Shown here: positions 48,917 through 57,718 of the stretch, piece after piece
Position numbering within the stretch: the first letter of the stretch is position 1
Layout of the letters: each line of letters begins with the position of its first letter
Origin: an uncultured Acidobacteriota bacterium
GTDB lineage: Bacteria > Acidobacteriota > Vicinamibacteria > Vicinamibacterales > SCN-69-37
Assembly (NCBI GenBank): GCA_963764505.1
Contig: CAVXSP010000001.1
Coordinates: 3,316,614-3,380,613, forward strand
Reading direction: 5' to 3'
DNA: 64,000 bases
The notes under the pieces: generated by a model
Databases searched by the model: none
What the model was told of the DNA's origin: nothing
The model's input: the letters and a program-made list of their open reading frames with translations, nothing else
Translations under genes and position numbers: made by a program

Positions 48917-50944
48917 TCATGACGTCACCCGGATCGCCACGAGCGACTGCACGCTGGCGTCGGTGGCTTTCGCGTCGATTTCGATGACGTAGTCGCCCGG
49001 GGCCAGCGGGCCGAGGCTGACCTGCGCTTCGAACGTTCCATCGGGCAGACGGTTCGGCGCCGGGAAGTCGGCCATCTTCTTCCCCTGGCTGTTGAGCAGC
49101 CGGAGCGCGACGGTGGGGGCCGTGCCGCCGGGGCCGTAGGCCTGGAAGCGCAGCAGCAGCTGTTCGGTCCTGGAGAACTCGCGCGTGACCGAGGGCACCG
49201 GCGACTCCGCGGCGCGGATCTGCTGGATGTCGCGGGCGGTCCGGCCGCGGTAGACGGCCGGCGTCGTGATGAGCGGGCCGACGGTCGTGTAGTCCGGCAC
49301 GTCGACCGCCGTGTCCTCGTGGTCCACCCGGCGGCCTCTCGCGTTCTCCGCCACGATCTGCAGGCGCACGTCTCCAGGCGGCGCGTCGAAGACGATGCGG
49401 CCGGTCGGCGTCGGCGTCTGCGGATCGCGCGGCACGGCGCCGCGGAAGAGCACATCGCCCTGCGCCGAGGTGGCGGTCAGCTCGACGTGGTCGACGGCGT
49501 CGGGATCGTCGCCGCGCGAGGCGGCGGTGCCGACGCGCGGCGGCAGCGGCTCCCAGGCGAACGTGACGCTCGCCCGCCCCTTGTCACCGCGCTCCGAGCC
49601 GATCCACGTGCGGACCGCGTGATCGCGTCCCACGGCGAGCGAGCTGAGCGCGTTCTCGACGGCGATCGGCGTGCCTTCGCGCGGCGGCGCCGTCGCGCGC
49701 GCGGCGTCCTCCGCCGTGTACGCCCAGTAGCCCTTGCGCGCGCGCACCTCCAGGTCCTTGCGCTTCACGCGGACGTTGATCTCGTGAAACTTTCCGTCGC
49801 GCGGCGCCTCGGTGGAGGTGTAGCCGAGCAGGTAGTAGGCGTTCATGTCCGCCATCATCTTCTTGAGCTCGGGCAGCGGCTCGTTCCGGTTGACGATCGC
49901 CCGGCCGTCGGTGTTGGACGCCAGGATCTTCAGGGAGTCCTGCTGCTCGTTCAGATTGACGCGATCCGCCTCGAGCGTCGTCATGTCGTTGTTGACGGGC
50001 GAATCGAACGCCGCGAGCCCCCGGGGATCGAGCGTGTAGATGGACGTGTTGCTCCGGGACGCGGCGCTGAAGACGAGCTGCATCTCGCTCAGCACGTCCA
50101 CCTGGTTGAAGAACCGCTGGCTCGTGGTCACGTCGGGCCGCTCGGTCGTGAAGAGCTGTCCCTTCGTGCGAATCCCGGCCGGCAGCGTCCCCGACAGCCC
50201 CTCGCTCACGTAGAGCACCTGTTTCTTGCCCTCGCGCAGCGTGCCCAGATACGTGGCCAGCCCCCGCAACGCGGTCAACGTCACCTGCCGCCGGATGAGC
50301 TCCTGCGCCTCCGGCGGATACTCCGCGTACTGCTCCTCGTACGGATTCGTCGGGACGTAGTTGTACTTCCGCCCGAGGAACTTCATGACGGCCCCCGCCA
50401 TCGCCTCGTGGTTGCGGGAGAAGGTGATCGCCGAGACGGGCGTGAGCGGATACATCAGCGCCACGAGGTCGTTCGGCGTGAGCTGGCCGATGAACTGCGC
50501 CAGCTGCTGGCGGATGACGAGGGAGTTGCCGACCCGGACGTGGTAGTCGTCGAGGAAGATCACCAGGATCCGGACGTCGTCGCGCGCGGTCTCCCGCTGC
50601 TGCTGATCCATCGACGTGATGTCGTGGACGAAGGAGGACGAGGCCTGGGCGTCGTGGTCGATCTCGATGAGCTTGAACGACTGGATCGCCTGCGGCTTCT
50701 TGTTCTCGGTGATCTCGAAGTCCTCGGGCTTGAGGTCGAGCACGGGCCGCCCGTCCCTGTCGGTGACGATCGCGTCGACGGTGACGGCGTCGATGCGGCT
50801 GCGGAACGTCGGGGCCTGCCCGTCCGGCCCCGGCGCGGCCTGGCCGGCATCGGGCGGGGCGGGGGCCTGCGGTTGCCGGGCCAGCACGGACACCACCGCA
50901 AGCGCCAGCGAGCCGATCGCGACGGAGAGCACGCGAGCACGCAT
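48917..50944 (-). CDS. VWFA-related 'acidobacterial-type' domain protein (secreted)
   Basis: Start MRARVLSVAIGSLALAVVSVLA. ...FRSRIDAVTVDAIVTDRDGRPVLDLKPEDFEITENKKPQAIQSF...ILVIFLDDYH... typical of that family. Confidence 0.7.
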   Translation of the reverse strand: MRARVLSVAIGSLALAVVSVLARQPQAPAPPDAGQAAPGPDGQAPTFRSRIDAVTVDAIVTDRDGRPVLDLKPEDFEITENKKPQAIQSFKLIEIDHDAQASSSFVHDITSMDQQQRETARDDVRILVIFLDDYHVRVGNSLVIRQQLAQFIGQLTPNDLVALMYPLTPVSAITFSRNHEAMAGAVMKFLGRKYNYVPTNPYEEQYAEYPPEAQELIRRQVTLTALRGLATYLGTLREGKKQVLYVSEGLSGTLPAGIRTKGQLFTTERPDVTTSQRFFNQVDVLSEMQLVFSAASRSNTSIYTLDPRGLAAFDSPVNNDMTTLEADRVNLNEQQDSLKILASNTDGRAIVNRNEPLPELKKMMADMNAYYLLGYTSTEAPRDGKFHEINVRVKRKDLEVRARKGYWAYTAEDAARATAPPREGTPIAVENALSSLAVGRDHAVRTWIGSERGDKGRASVTFAWEPLPPRVGTAASRGDDPDAVDHVELTATSAQGDVLFRGAVPRDPQTPTPTGRIVFDAPPGDVRLQIVAENARGRRVDHEDTAVDVPDYTTVGPLITTPAVYRGRTARDIQQIRAAESPVPSVTREFSRTEQLLLRFQAYGPGGTAPTVALRLLNSQGKKMADFPAPNRLPDGTFEAQVSLGPLAPGDYVIEIDAKATDASVQSLVAIRVTS

Positions 50945-50978
50945 GAGTGACCCCTTTCCCGAATGATAACATCGCACG

Positions 50979-52136
50979 ATGGCGCCTCCGGCCGGCGCGG
51001 GCCTGACGCAACTGGCCGACGAGGAGCGTCTGCTGCGCGACAGCGTTCGTTCCTTCGCCGAGGCGCACATCCGCCCGCGCGTCCGGGAGATGGACGACGC
51101 CGGGGCCATTCCCCGCCCGCTGATCGATGCGCTCTTCGACCTGGGAATCATGGGCATCGAGGTCCCGGAGCGGTTCGGCGGCGCCGGAGGCACGTTCTTC
51201 CAGTCGATCCTGACGATCGAGGAGCTCTCGCGCGTCGACCCCGCGATTGGCGTCCTGGTGGACGTGCAGAACACCCTGGTGGTCAACGCGATCGTCCGGT
51301 GGGGCCGACCCGAGGTCCAGGCGCGCGTGCTGCCGCGGCTCGCGACGGCGAGCGTCGGCGCCTACGCGCTGTCGGAGGCCGGCTCCGGCAGCGATGCGTT
51401 CGCCCTCGAGACGCGCGCGCGCGAACAGGCCGACGGCTTCGTCCTGACGGGCCGCAAGCTCTGGATCACGAACGCGCACGAGGCCGACCTCTTCATCGTG
51501 TTCGCGACCGTCGATCCGGATGCCGGCCATCGGGGCATCACGGCGTTCCTGGTCGAGCGCAGCGCGCCGGGCCTCCACGTCACGCGGAAGGAGGACAAGC
51601 TCGGCATCCGCGCGTCGAGCACGTGCGAAGTCGCGCTCGACGAGTGCCGCGTCGAGCGCGACGCCGTGCTCGGCGAGATCGGCCGGGGCTACAAGGTCGC
51701 GATGGAGACCTTGAACGAAGGCCGGATCGGCATCGGCGCGCAGATGCTCGGCCTCGCGGAAGGCGCGCTGGCGCACGCCGTGCGCTACACGAAGGAGCGC
51801 CACCAGTTCGGCCGGGCCGTCGCCGAGTTCCAGGGCGTCCAGTTCCAGCTCGCCCGTGCCGCGACCGAAATCGAGGCGGCGCGACTGCTCGTCTACAACG
51901 CCGCCCGGCGCCGCGACGCCGGTGAGCCGTTGCTCACCGAGTCGGCGATGTGCAAGCTGTTCGCCTCCGAAGTCGCCGAACGCGTGGCGTCGCTCGCCGT
52001 CAATCTCTTCGGCGGCTGCGGGTTCGTCAAGGACTACCCCGTCGAGAAACTCTATCGCGACGCGAAGATCGGGCAGATCTACGAGGGCACGTCCAACCTG
52101 TTGCTGCAGACGATTGCGAAGCAGATGCTCGCGTAG
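50979..52136 (+). CDS. Acyl-CoA dehydrogenase (short/branched-chain type)
   Basis: 385 aa. ...GAYALSEAGSGSDAFAL...QFGRAVAEFQGVQFQLA...FGGCGFVKDYPVEKLYRDAKIGQIYEGTSN. Confidence 0.9.
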   Translation: MAPPAGAGLTQLADEERLLRDSVRSFAEAHIRPRVREMDDAGAIPRPLIDALFDLGIMGIEVPERFGGAGGTFFQSILTIEELSRVDPAIGVLVDVQNTLVVNAIVRWGRPEVQARVLPRLATASVGAYALSEAGSGSDAFALETRAREQADGFVLTGRKLWITNAHEADLFIVFATVDPDAGHRGITAFLVERSAPGLHVTRKEDKLGIRASSTCEVALDECRVERDAVLGEIGRGYKVAMETLNEGRIGIGAQMLGLAEGALAHAVRYTKERHQFGRAVAEFQGVQFQLARAATEIEAARLLVYNAARRRDAGEPLLTESAMCKLFASEVAERVASLAVNLFGGCGFVKDYPVEKLYRDAKIGQIYEGTSNLLLQTIAKQMLA

Positions 52137-52141
52137 CGGGT

Positions 52142-53290
52142 TCAGCCCCCTACGATGGACCTCGCAATGATGAGCCGCTGCACTTCGGAAGTCCCCTGAT
52201 AGATCTCCGCCGCGCGGATGTCCCGGAAGAGTCTCTCGATCGTCGAACCGCGCCGGTATCCTTCCGAGGCGAGGATCTGCATGGCCCGGTCGGCGGCCCG
52301 GTGCGCGGCCTCCGACGCCTGCAGCTTCGCCATGGCCGCCTCGACGACGGCGTGCGGCGCGCGGTCCATCGCGTCGGCGGCGTTCCACGTGAGCATCCGC
52401 GCGGCGTCGAGCTCGGTCGCGATGTCGGCCAGCTGGAACTGAATCGCCTGGAACACCGCGATCGGGTGGCCGAACGCCTGCCGCCGTCGCGAGTAACCGA
52501 GCGCCTCCTGGAGCGCGGCGCGCCCGACGCCGAGCGCCTGCGCCGCAATCGCGACGCGGCCGCCCTCGAGCGCCCGCCGCGCCAGCGCGAAGCCTTCATC
52601 GCGGCGGCCCAGGAGACCGGACTCGGGCACGAAGACATCGTCGAACCGGAGGTTCAAACAGCCGAGCCCGCGCACGCCGAGCGAGTCGGGGGCAGGCGCT
52701 CGCTCGATCCCCTGAGCGTCGCGGGGCACGAGGAACGCGCTGATCCCGCGGCCGCCTTCACCCGGCCGCGTGGCGGCGAACACAATCGTCACGTCGGCCA
52801 CCTCGGCGTTCGTGACCCAGACCTTCGTGCCGCGCAGCCGGTAGCCGCCGTCGACGGCGAGCGCCACCGTCTCCTGGTGGGCCGCGTCGGATCCGGATTG
52901 CGGCTCCGCGAGCGCAAAGGCGCCAATCGCCCTGCCGTCGGCGAGCGGCGCCAGCCAGCGCGCCCGCTGCTCGGCGCTGCCGAACTCCTGGATCGGTTCG
53001 ACGACGAGCGAGTTGTGGACCGAGAGGATGACGGCCAGCGTCGCGCTCGCCGCGGCCAGCTCTTCGATGACCGCCGCGTAGGTGACGCAGTCCCGGCCGG
53101 CGCCGCCGAACTCGGGACGGATCCTGACGGCAAGCAGCCCGAGCGCGGCCGCCTCGCTCACCAGTCGGCGCGGGAATGCGCCGGTGCGATCGATCTCGGC
53201 CGCGCGCGTCGCGACGCGGGATCGGGCGAACTCCGCCGCGGCGTCGACGAAACGCGTCTGATCCACCGAGAGCGCGAAGTCCATCCGCAC
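52142..53290 (-). CDS. Acyl-CoA dehydrogenase
   Basis: 382 aa. ...GAFALAEPQSGSDAA...AFGHPIAVFQAIQFQLADIA...RLFRDIRAAEIYQGTSEVQ. Confidence 0.9.
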   Translation of the reverse strand: MRMDFALSVDQTRFVDAAAEFARSRVATRAAEIDRTGAFPRRLVSEAAALGLLAVRIRPEFGGAGRDCVTYAAVIEELAAASATLAVILSVHNSLVVEPIQEFGSAEQRARWLAPLADGRAIGAFALAEPQSGSDAAHQETVALAVDGGYRLRGTKVWVTNAEVADVTIVFAATRPGEGGRGISAFLVPRDAQGIERAPAPDSLGVRGLGCLNLRFDDVFVPESGLLGRRDEGFALARRALEGGRVAIAAQALGVGRAALQEALGYSRRRQAFGHPIAVFQAIQFQLADIATELDAARMLTWNAADAMDRAPHAVVEAAMAKLQASEAAHRAADRAMQILASEGYRRGSTIERLFRDIRAAEIYQGTSEVQRLIIARSIVGG

Positions 53291-53350
53291 ATTTCATCAC
53301 GAAGTGGACGAACTCGAGAGCACCCCGGACGTGCTCCAGCGATCGGACGC

Positions 53351-53845
53351 TCAGGGCACGACGATCTCCGCAAAGGCGGACCGAATCCGCGACCCGGTCT
53401 GCGTCAGCTCCTCCGGGAGCACGCGCGTCTCCCCGACGATGCTCATGAAGTTGGTGTCGCCGTTCCAGCGAGGCACCACGTGCATGTGGAGATGATCGAG
53501 CACGCCGGCGCCGGCGGGCTTGCCGAGATTCAATCCCATGTTGAAGCCGTGCGGATCGTAGGCGAGCGTGAGGACGCGTTCGGCGGCCTGCGTGAGCTGC
53601 CCGAACTCGGCGAGCTCGTCCTGGCCGAGATTGACGAGCCGGCCGACGTGCCGGTTGGGCACGATCATCAGATGACCGTTGTTGTACGGGAACTTGTTCA
53701 GGATGACGAAGCAGGTGCGGCCGCGGTGCACGATCAGCGGCTCGGTGTCCATCCGCGCCAGCGCGTCACAGAAGATGCAGCCACCCACGCCCTTGCTGGC
53801 TCCGATCACATAGGACAGACGCCAGGGCGTCCAGAGGCGGTCCAC
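53351..53845 (-). CDS. HIT-family nucleotide hydrolase/transferase
   Basis: 164 aa. CIFCD...FPYNNGHLMIVP...VLDHLHMHVVPR (histidine triad). GTG start. Confidence 0.8.
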   Translation of the reverse strand: MDRLWTPWRLSYVIGASKGVGGCIFCDALARMDTEPLIVHRGRTCFVILNKFPYNNGHLMIVPNRHVGRLVNLGQDELAEFGQLTQAAERVLTLAYDPHGFNMGLNLGKPAGAGVLDHLHMHVVPRWNGDTNFMSIVGETRVLPEELTQTGSRIRSAFAEIVVP

Positions 53846-53849
53846 GGAT

Positions 53850-54170
53850 TCACAACGAGGCGATGGGGTCGCCGTCGGCCCCGGCCTCCTCGATCGCCCT
53901 GTTGATCAGGTCCTTCAGCTCCTTGCCCGGCTTGAAGTACGGCACCTTCTTGGGCGGCACGTCGACCTTGTCCCCCGTCTTCGGATTCCGGCCCTTGCGC
54001 GGCTCGCGCTGACGGAGCCGGAAGCTGCCGAACCCCCGCAACTCGATCTTCTCGCCCCGATGCAGCGCGTCCACGATGCTCTTGAAGACGGTGTCGACGA
54101 TGACCTCCGAGTCCTTCTTGGTGAGGTCGGAGACCCGCGAGACTTCCTCTACGAGTTCGGCTTTGGTCAT
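53850..54170 (-). CDS. HU/IHF-family DNA-binding protein (integration host factor-like)
   Basis: Start MTKAELVEEVSRVSDLTKKDSEVIVDTVF...GFGSFRLRQREPRKGRNPKTGDKVDVP. 106 aa. Confidence 0.85.
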   Translation of the reverse strand: MTKAELVEEVSRVSDLTKKDSEVIVDTVFKSIVDALHRGEKIELRGFGSFRLRQREPRKGRNPKTGDKVDVPPKKVPYFKPGKELKDLINRAIEEAGADGDPIASL

Positions 54171-54183
54171 AGACGAGGGCTGC

Positions 54184-54270
54184 GGGCTCTGGACGCTGGG
54201 CTCTGGGCTCTGGGCTTCGGGCGACATCGAAGCCCAGAGCCCAGAGCCCAGAGCCCGAAGCCCAGAGCCC
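54184..54270. repeat. Hairpin built from inverted arrays of 7-nt tandem repeats (GGGCTCT / AGAGCCC); core 22-bp perfect stem
   Basis: 54198-54219 gggctctgggctctgggcttcg pairs perfectly with 54228-54249 cgaagcccagagcccagagccc (8-nt loop). Extra repeat units lie on both flanks. Located between the rpsA stop and the IHF start. Confidence 0.85.
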
Positions 54271-54271
54271 T

Positions 54272-56026
54272 TTACTTCAGATGCTTGAAGTGATCCCCCA
54301 GCGTCACCTCCGGGCGGCCGGACGATTCGGTGTAGGCCTCCCAGTCGGCCCGGTACTCCTGATCCTTCAGGGCGCGAATGCTGAGCCCGATCTTCCGCTC
54401 CTCGGGCACCAGCCGGATGATCTTCATCTGATAGGTCTCTCCGGTCCGGAGCTCGAGCTTCTCGCCGCCCTGCGAGGAGTCGAACTCCGAGACGTGGATC
54501 AGCCCCTCGATGCCGTCGGCCAGCTCGACGAACGCGCCGAAGTTGGTCAACCGGACCACCTTGCCCTCGACGATGTCGCCGACGTGGTGCGCGTCGAAGA
54601 ACTCCTTCCAGATCCCGGTCTGCAGCTGCTTCAGGCCGAGCGACAGCCGCTGGTTCTCGGCGTCGATGCTGAGCACCTGCGCTTCGACGACGTCCCCCTT
54701 CTTGAGCACCTCCGAGGGGTGCTTCACCTTGCTCCAGGACATGTCGGAGATGTGGATGAGGCCGTCGATGCCCTCCTCCACCTCCACGAACGCGCCGAAC
54801 TCGGTCAGGTTCCGGACCTTGCCGGTGATCGTGCTGCCGACGGGGTACTTGTCCGCCAGCTCGTGCCAGGGGTTCGTCTCGACCTGCTTCAGGCCCAGGG
54901 AGATGCGGCGTGCGCCCGGGTCGACGCCGAGCACCATCGCCTCGACGGCGTCGCCCTGGTTGAGGATCTTCGACGGGTGCTTCACCCGCTTGCTCCACGA
55001 CATCTCGGAGACGTGGATGAGCCCTTCGACGCCCGGCTCGAGCTCGATGAACGCGCCGTAGTCGGTGAGGCTGACGACCTTGCCGGACACGCGCATGCCC
55101 ACCGGATAGCGCTCGATGACGGCGTTCCACGGATCGGCGACGATCTGCTTGTGTCCGAGCGAGACGCGTTCGGTGGCCGGATCGTACTTGAGGACGATCA
55201 CGTCGAGCTCGTCGCCGACCTTGACGACCTCCGACGGATGCGTCACGCGGCCCCAGGACATGTCCGTGATGTGCAGCAGCCCGTCGATGCCGCCCAGGTC
55301 GATGAACGCCCCGTAGTCGGTGAGATTCTTGACGGTGCCGCGCAGCACCTTCCCCTCCGACAGCGTGTCGAGCGTGATCTTCTTCTTCTCGGCATTCTCC
55401 TCTTCGAGCAGGACCTTGCGCGAGAGCACGATGTTGCCGCGCTTCTTGTTGACCTTGATGACGCGCATGCGCAGCTCCTGGCCCTTCAGGGCGTCGAGGT
55501 TGCGCACGGGGCGGACGTCGATCTGCGATCCCGGCAGGAACGCCCGGACGCCGATATCCACCGCCAGCCCGCCTTTGATCCGCTCGATGACGCGGCCGAT
55601 GACGACCTTCCGTTCCTGGTAGGCCTTCTCGACCTCGTCCCAGATCTTCATCTTCTCGGCCTTCTCGCGGGAGAGGACGACGTATCCCTCGCGATCCTCG
55701 GTGCGCTCGAGCAGCACGTCGACGCTGTCGCCAGGCTGCGCCATCACCTGGCCGCTCTCGTCGAGGAACTCCTCGATCGGGATGAGGCCTTCCGACTTGA
55801 AACCGACATCGACAATGACCTCGGTCGGCGTGACTTTGACGACCGTGCCCTTGACGACTTCGCCTTCCGCGATGTTGCGGAAGCTGGTATCGTAAAAGTC
55901 CGCCAGGCGCGCGTATTCCTGCGGATCCATCTCTTCGCCGTCGCGGGAGGAGGAGAATGTTGAAAAGCCCTTCAGGGTCTTCGTGCCTCCTTGTCGAAGC
56001 TGGGTTCTCTTTGACTCATCTGTCAT
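54272..56026 (-). CDS. rpsA: 30S ribosomal protein S1
   Basis: ORF 54272..56047 with six S1 (OB-fold) repeats (…VVKGTVVKVT…, …VIGRVIERIKGGLAVDIG…, etc.). Start ATG 56026 (MTDESK), or internal ATG 55930. Confidence 0.9.
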   Translation of the reverse strand: MTDESKRTQLRQGGTKTLKGFSTFSSSRDGEEMDPQEYARLADFYDTSFRNIAEGEVVKGTVVKVTPTEVIVDVGFKSEGLIPIEEFLDESGQVMAQPGDSVDVLLERTEDREGYVVLSREKAEKMKIWDEVEKAYQERKVVIGRVIERIKGGLAVDIGVRAFLPGSQIDVRPVRNLDALKGQELRMRVIKVNKKRGNIVLSRKVLLEEENAEKKKITLDTLSEGKVLRGTVKNLTDYGAFIDLGGIDGLLHITDMSWGRVTHPSEVVKVGDELDVIVLKYDPATERVSLGHKQIVADPWNAVIERYPVGMRVSGKVVSLTDYGAFIELEPGVEGLIHVSEMSWSKRVKHPSKILNQGDAVEAMVLGVDPGARRISLGLKQVETNPWHELADKYPVGSTITGKVRNLTEFGAFVEVEEGIDGLIHISDMSWSKVKHPSEVLKKGDVVEAQVLSIDAENQRLSLGLKQLQTGIWKEFFDAHHVGDIVEGKVVRLTNFGAFVELADGIEGLIHVSEFDSSQGGEKLELRTGETYQMKIIRLVPEERKIGLSIRALKDQEYRADWEAYTESSGRPEVTLGDHFKHLK

Positions 56027-56122
56027 CGCGTTCAAGGGCCTCCTCACGCACGAGCGTGCTGCGCCGGGTCGAAGCGCCGGCGCGCGCTAGATTCGCTTCG
56101 CAACGGGTGCGATAAGCATTTT

Positions 56123-56151
56123 ATTATCCGGTACTTACGACCCCCGGTCAA
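56123..56151 (-). promoter_or_regulatory. Candidate sigma70-type promoter for rpsA (TTGACC-N17-GATAAT)
   Basis: Minus strand: gTTGACCgggggtcgtaagtaccgGATAATaaaatg, in an AT-rich patch about 90 nt upstream of the rpsA start. Confidence 0.45.
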
Positions 56152-56174
56152 CCAACGCGGCAAGGAGGACGGTG

Positions 56175-56858
56175 ATGGCGAAGAAGAGACGGCCGGCAAG
56201 ACGCTCCAAGACGCGCGGCCGCCGCGCCCCGGCAGCAAGACGCGCCCGGACGAAGAAGGCCCCGAAGGCGCGCCGGGCCGCCGTGCGGTCCCGCACCCGT
56301 CCCCGCGCCAAACCCCGGCCAAAGCCGCGGAAGCGCGCCGCGCGGCCGCGGTCCGCCGTCCGCTCGCGCGCCGCCGCCAACCCCAAGCCGCGCCGCCCAG
56401 CCGCCGGGCGCCGGAACGCGCCGCGAACGCCGCCCCGCGCCAGATCCGCCGCCCCGCCCGCGCTGCGGATCGAGCGGACGCGCCGGAAGCTCGCCGACGT
56501 CGAGCGCCTCGAGCCCGCACGGGATCAGCCGCGTGATCCGATGATGGCGGCGGCCCGCTCGGGACATGACGAGATGCGCGCGCAGCTCCGGCATCACACC
56601 GCGGCCAGCCCGAAGCTCACCGCCGGCGACATCGACGCGGATTGGCAGGACGCGTACGCCGTCGGCGACGAAGCGCCGGGCGGCGACAATCCGACACCCG
56701 ATCAGGACCGGGTCGACGACATCGGCCGCGCGCTCGGCGTCCAGTACCAGGACAATCAGGAGCTCCAGGGCGGAGAGGAAATCACCGAACGGGACCAGAA
56801 GCGCTGGGAGCTCGATCCGGCGTCATCGGACGACTGGCCGCACAAGGACAAGGAATGA
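56175..56858 (+). CDS. Hypothetical protein with extremely Arg/Lys/Pro-rich N-terminal ~110 aa and an acidic conserved C-terminal domain
   Basis: AAGGAGGA 5 nt before the ATG. MAKKRRPARRSKTRGRRAPAARRARTKKAPKARR... then ...LTAGDIDADWQDAYAVGDEAPGGDNPTPDQDRVDDIGRALGVQYQD...RWELDPASSDDW. Confidence 0.6.
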   Translation: MAKKRRPARRSKTRGRRAPAARRARTKKAPKARRAAVRSRTRPRAKPRPKPRKRAARPRSAVRSRAAANPKPRRPAAGRRNAPRTPPRARSAAPPALRIERTRRKLADVERLEPARDQPRDPMMAAARSGHDEMRAQLRHHTAASPKLTAGDIDADWQDAYAVGDEAPGGDNPTPDQDRVDDIGRALGVQYQDNQELQGGEEITERDQKRWELDPASSDDWPHKDKE

Positions 56859-56916
56859 ACGAGGGAGGGCAATCGGGCCCAGGTATCGGAAGGGACGACC
56901 GATTGCCCACACTCCA

Positions 56917-57603
56917 TTACCCGTTGCCGATGACCCGCCGCCCCGCCACCTTGTCCTCCACGATCCCGATGACGCGCGCGACGACCTGCTCGATGGTGAG
57001 CTCCGTCGTATCGATGTAGACCGCGTCGGCGGCGCGCGTCAGCGGCGAGACGGCGCGCGTGCGATCGGCGCGGTCGCGCGCGTCGAGCGCCTCCGCGACG
57101 GCGGCCGGCGCGTCGCGCGCCGCGGCGTGGGCCGGATCGCGCGCACGGCGTCGGGCGCGCTCCGCCGGCGAGGCATCGAGAAACACCTTCACATCGGCGT
57201 CCGGAAAGACCACCGTCCCGATGTCCCGGCCCTCCATGACGACCGAGGCAGCCGCGCCGTAGCGGCGCTGCCGCGCAACGAGCACCGTCCGGACGGCCGG
57301 ATGGCGCGCGACGATCGCCGCGGCAGCGTCGATGGCCGGCGTTCGGATCGCCTGCGTGACGTCCTCGCCGTCGATCCGGATGCGCCCGTCGATCTCGAAC
57401 ACCGCCTGTTCGGCGATGCGCGCCACGCGCTCCGCGTCAGCCAGGTCGACCGACTGCTGCTGCGCTTTCCAAGCGACCGCTCGATACATCGCGCCGGTGT
57501 CCACGTGCGGAATACGGAGCCTGGCCGCGACCGTGCGCGCCACGGTGCCCTTCCCCGCGCCGGAGGGGCCGTCGATGGCGATGATGAGCGGAGGCGACGT
57601 CAT
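56917..57603 (-). CDS. cmk: Cytidylate kinase
   Basis: Start MTSPPLIIAIDGPSGAGKGTVAR. ...DTGAMYRAV...VMEGRDIGTVVFPDADVKVFL... . Confidence 0.85.
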   Translation of the reverse strand: MTSPPLIIAIDGPSGAGKGTVARTVAARLRIPHVDTGAMYRAVAWKAQQQSVDLADAERVARIAEQAVFEIDGRIRIDGEDVTQAIRTPAIDAAAAIVARHPAVRTVLVARQRRYGAAASVVMEGRDIGTVVFPDADVKVFLDASPAERARRRARDPAHAAARDAPAAVAEALDARDRADRTRAVSPLTRAADAVYIDTTELTIEQVVARVIGIVEDKVAGRRVIGNG

Positions 57604-57718
57604 GGCCTTCCCATTCTTGATCGGCTCCGGTGGAGACGGACCCGCCAGCCCGGGCGCCGACACGTCGTATTCCGGAGTTGTGAACGGGGAAGCCCGGGCC
57701 TATGATGCGACCCGACGC

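Noticed and set aside
54184-54270. Possible CRISPR array, suggested by the many short repeats here and at 48826-48912 and 9448-9475.
   Set aside because: The repeat units are only 7-8 nt and directly tandem, with no 25-40 nt unique spacers. No cas genes are in the window.
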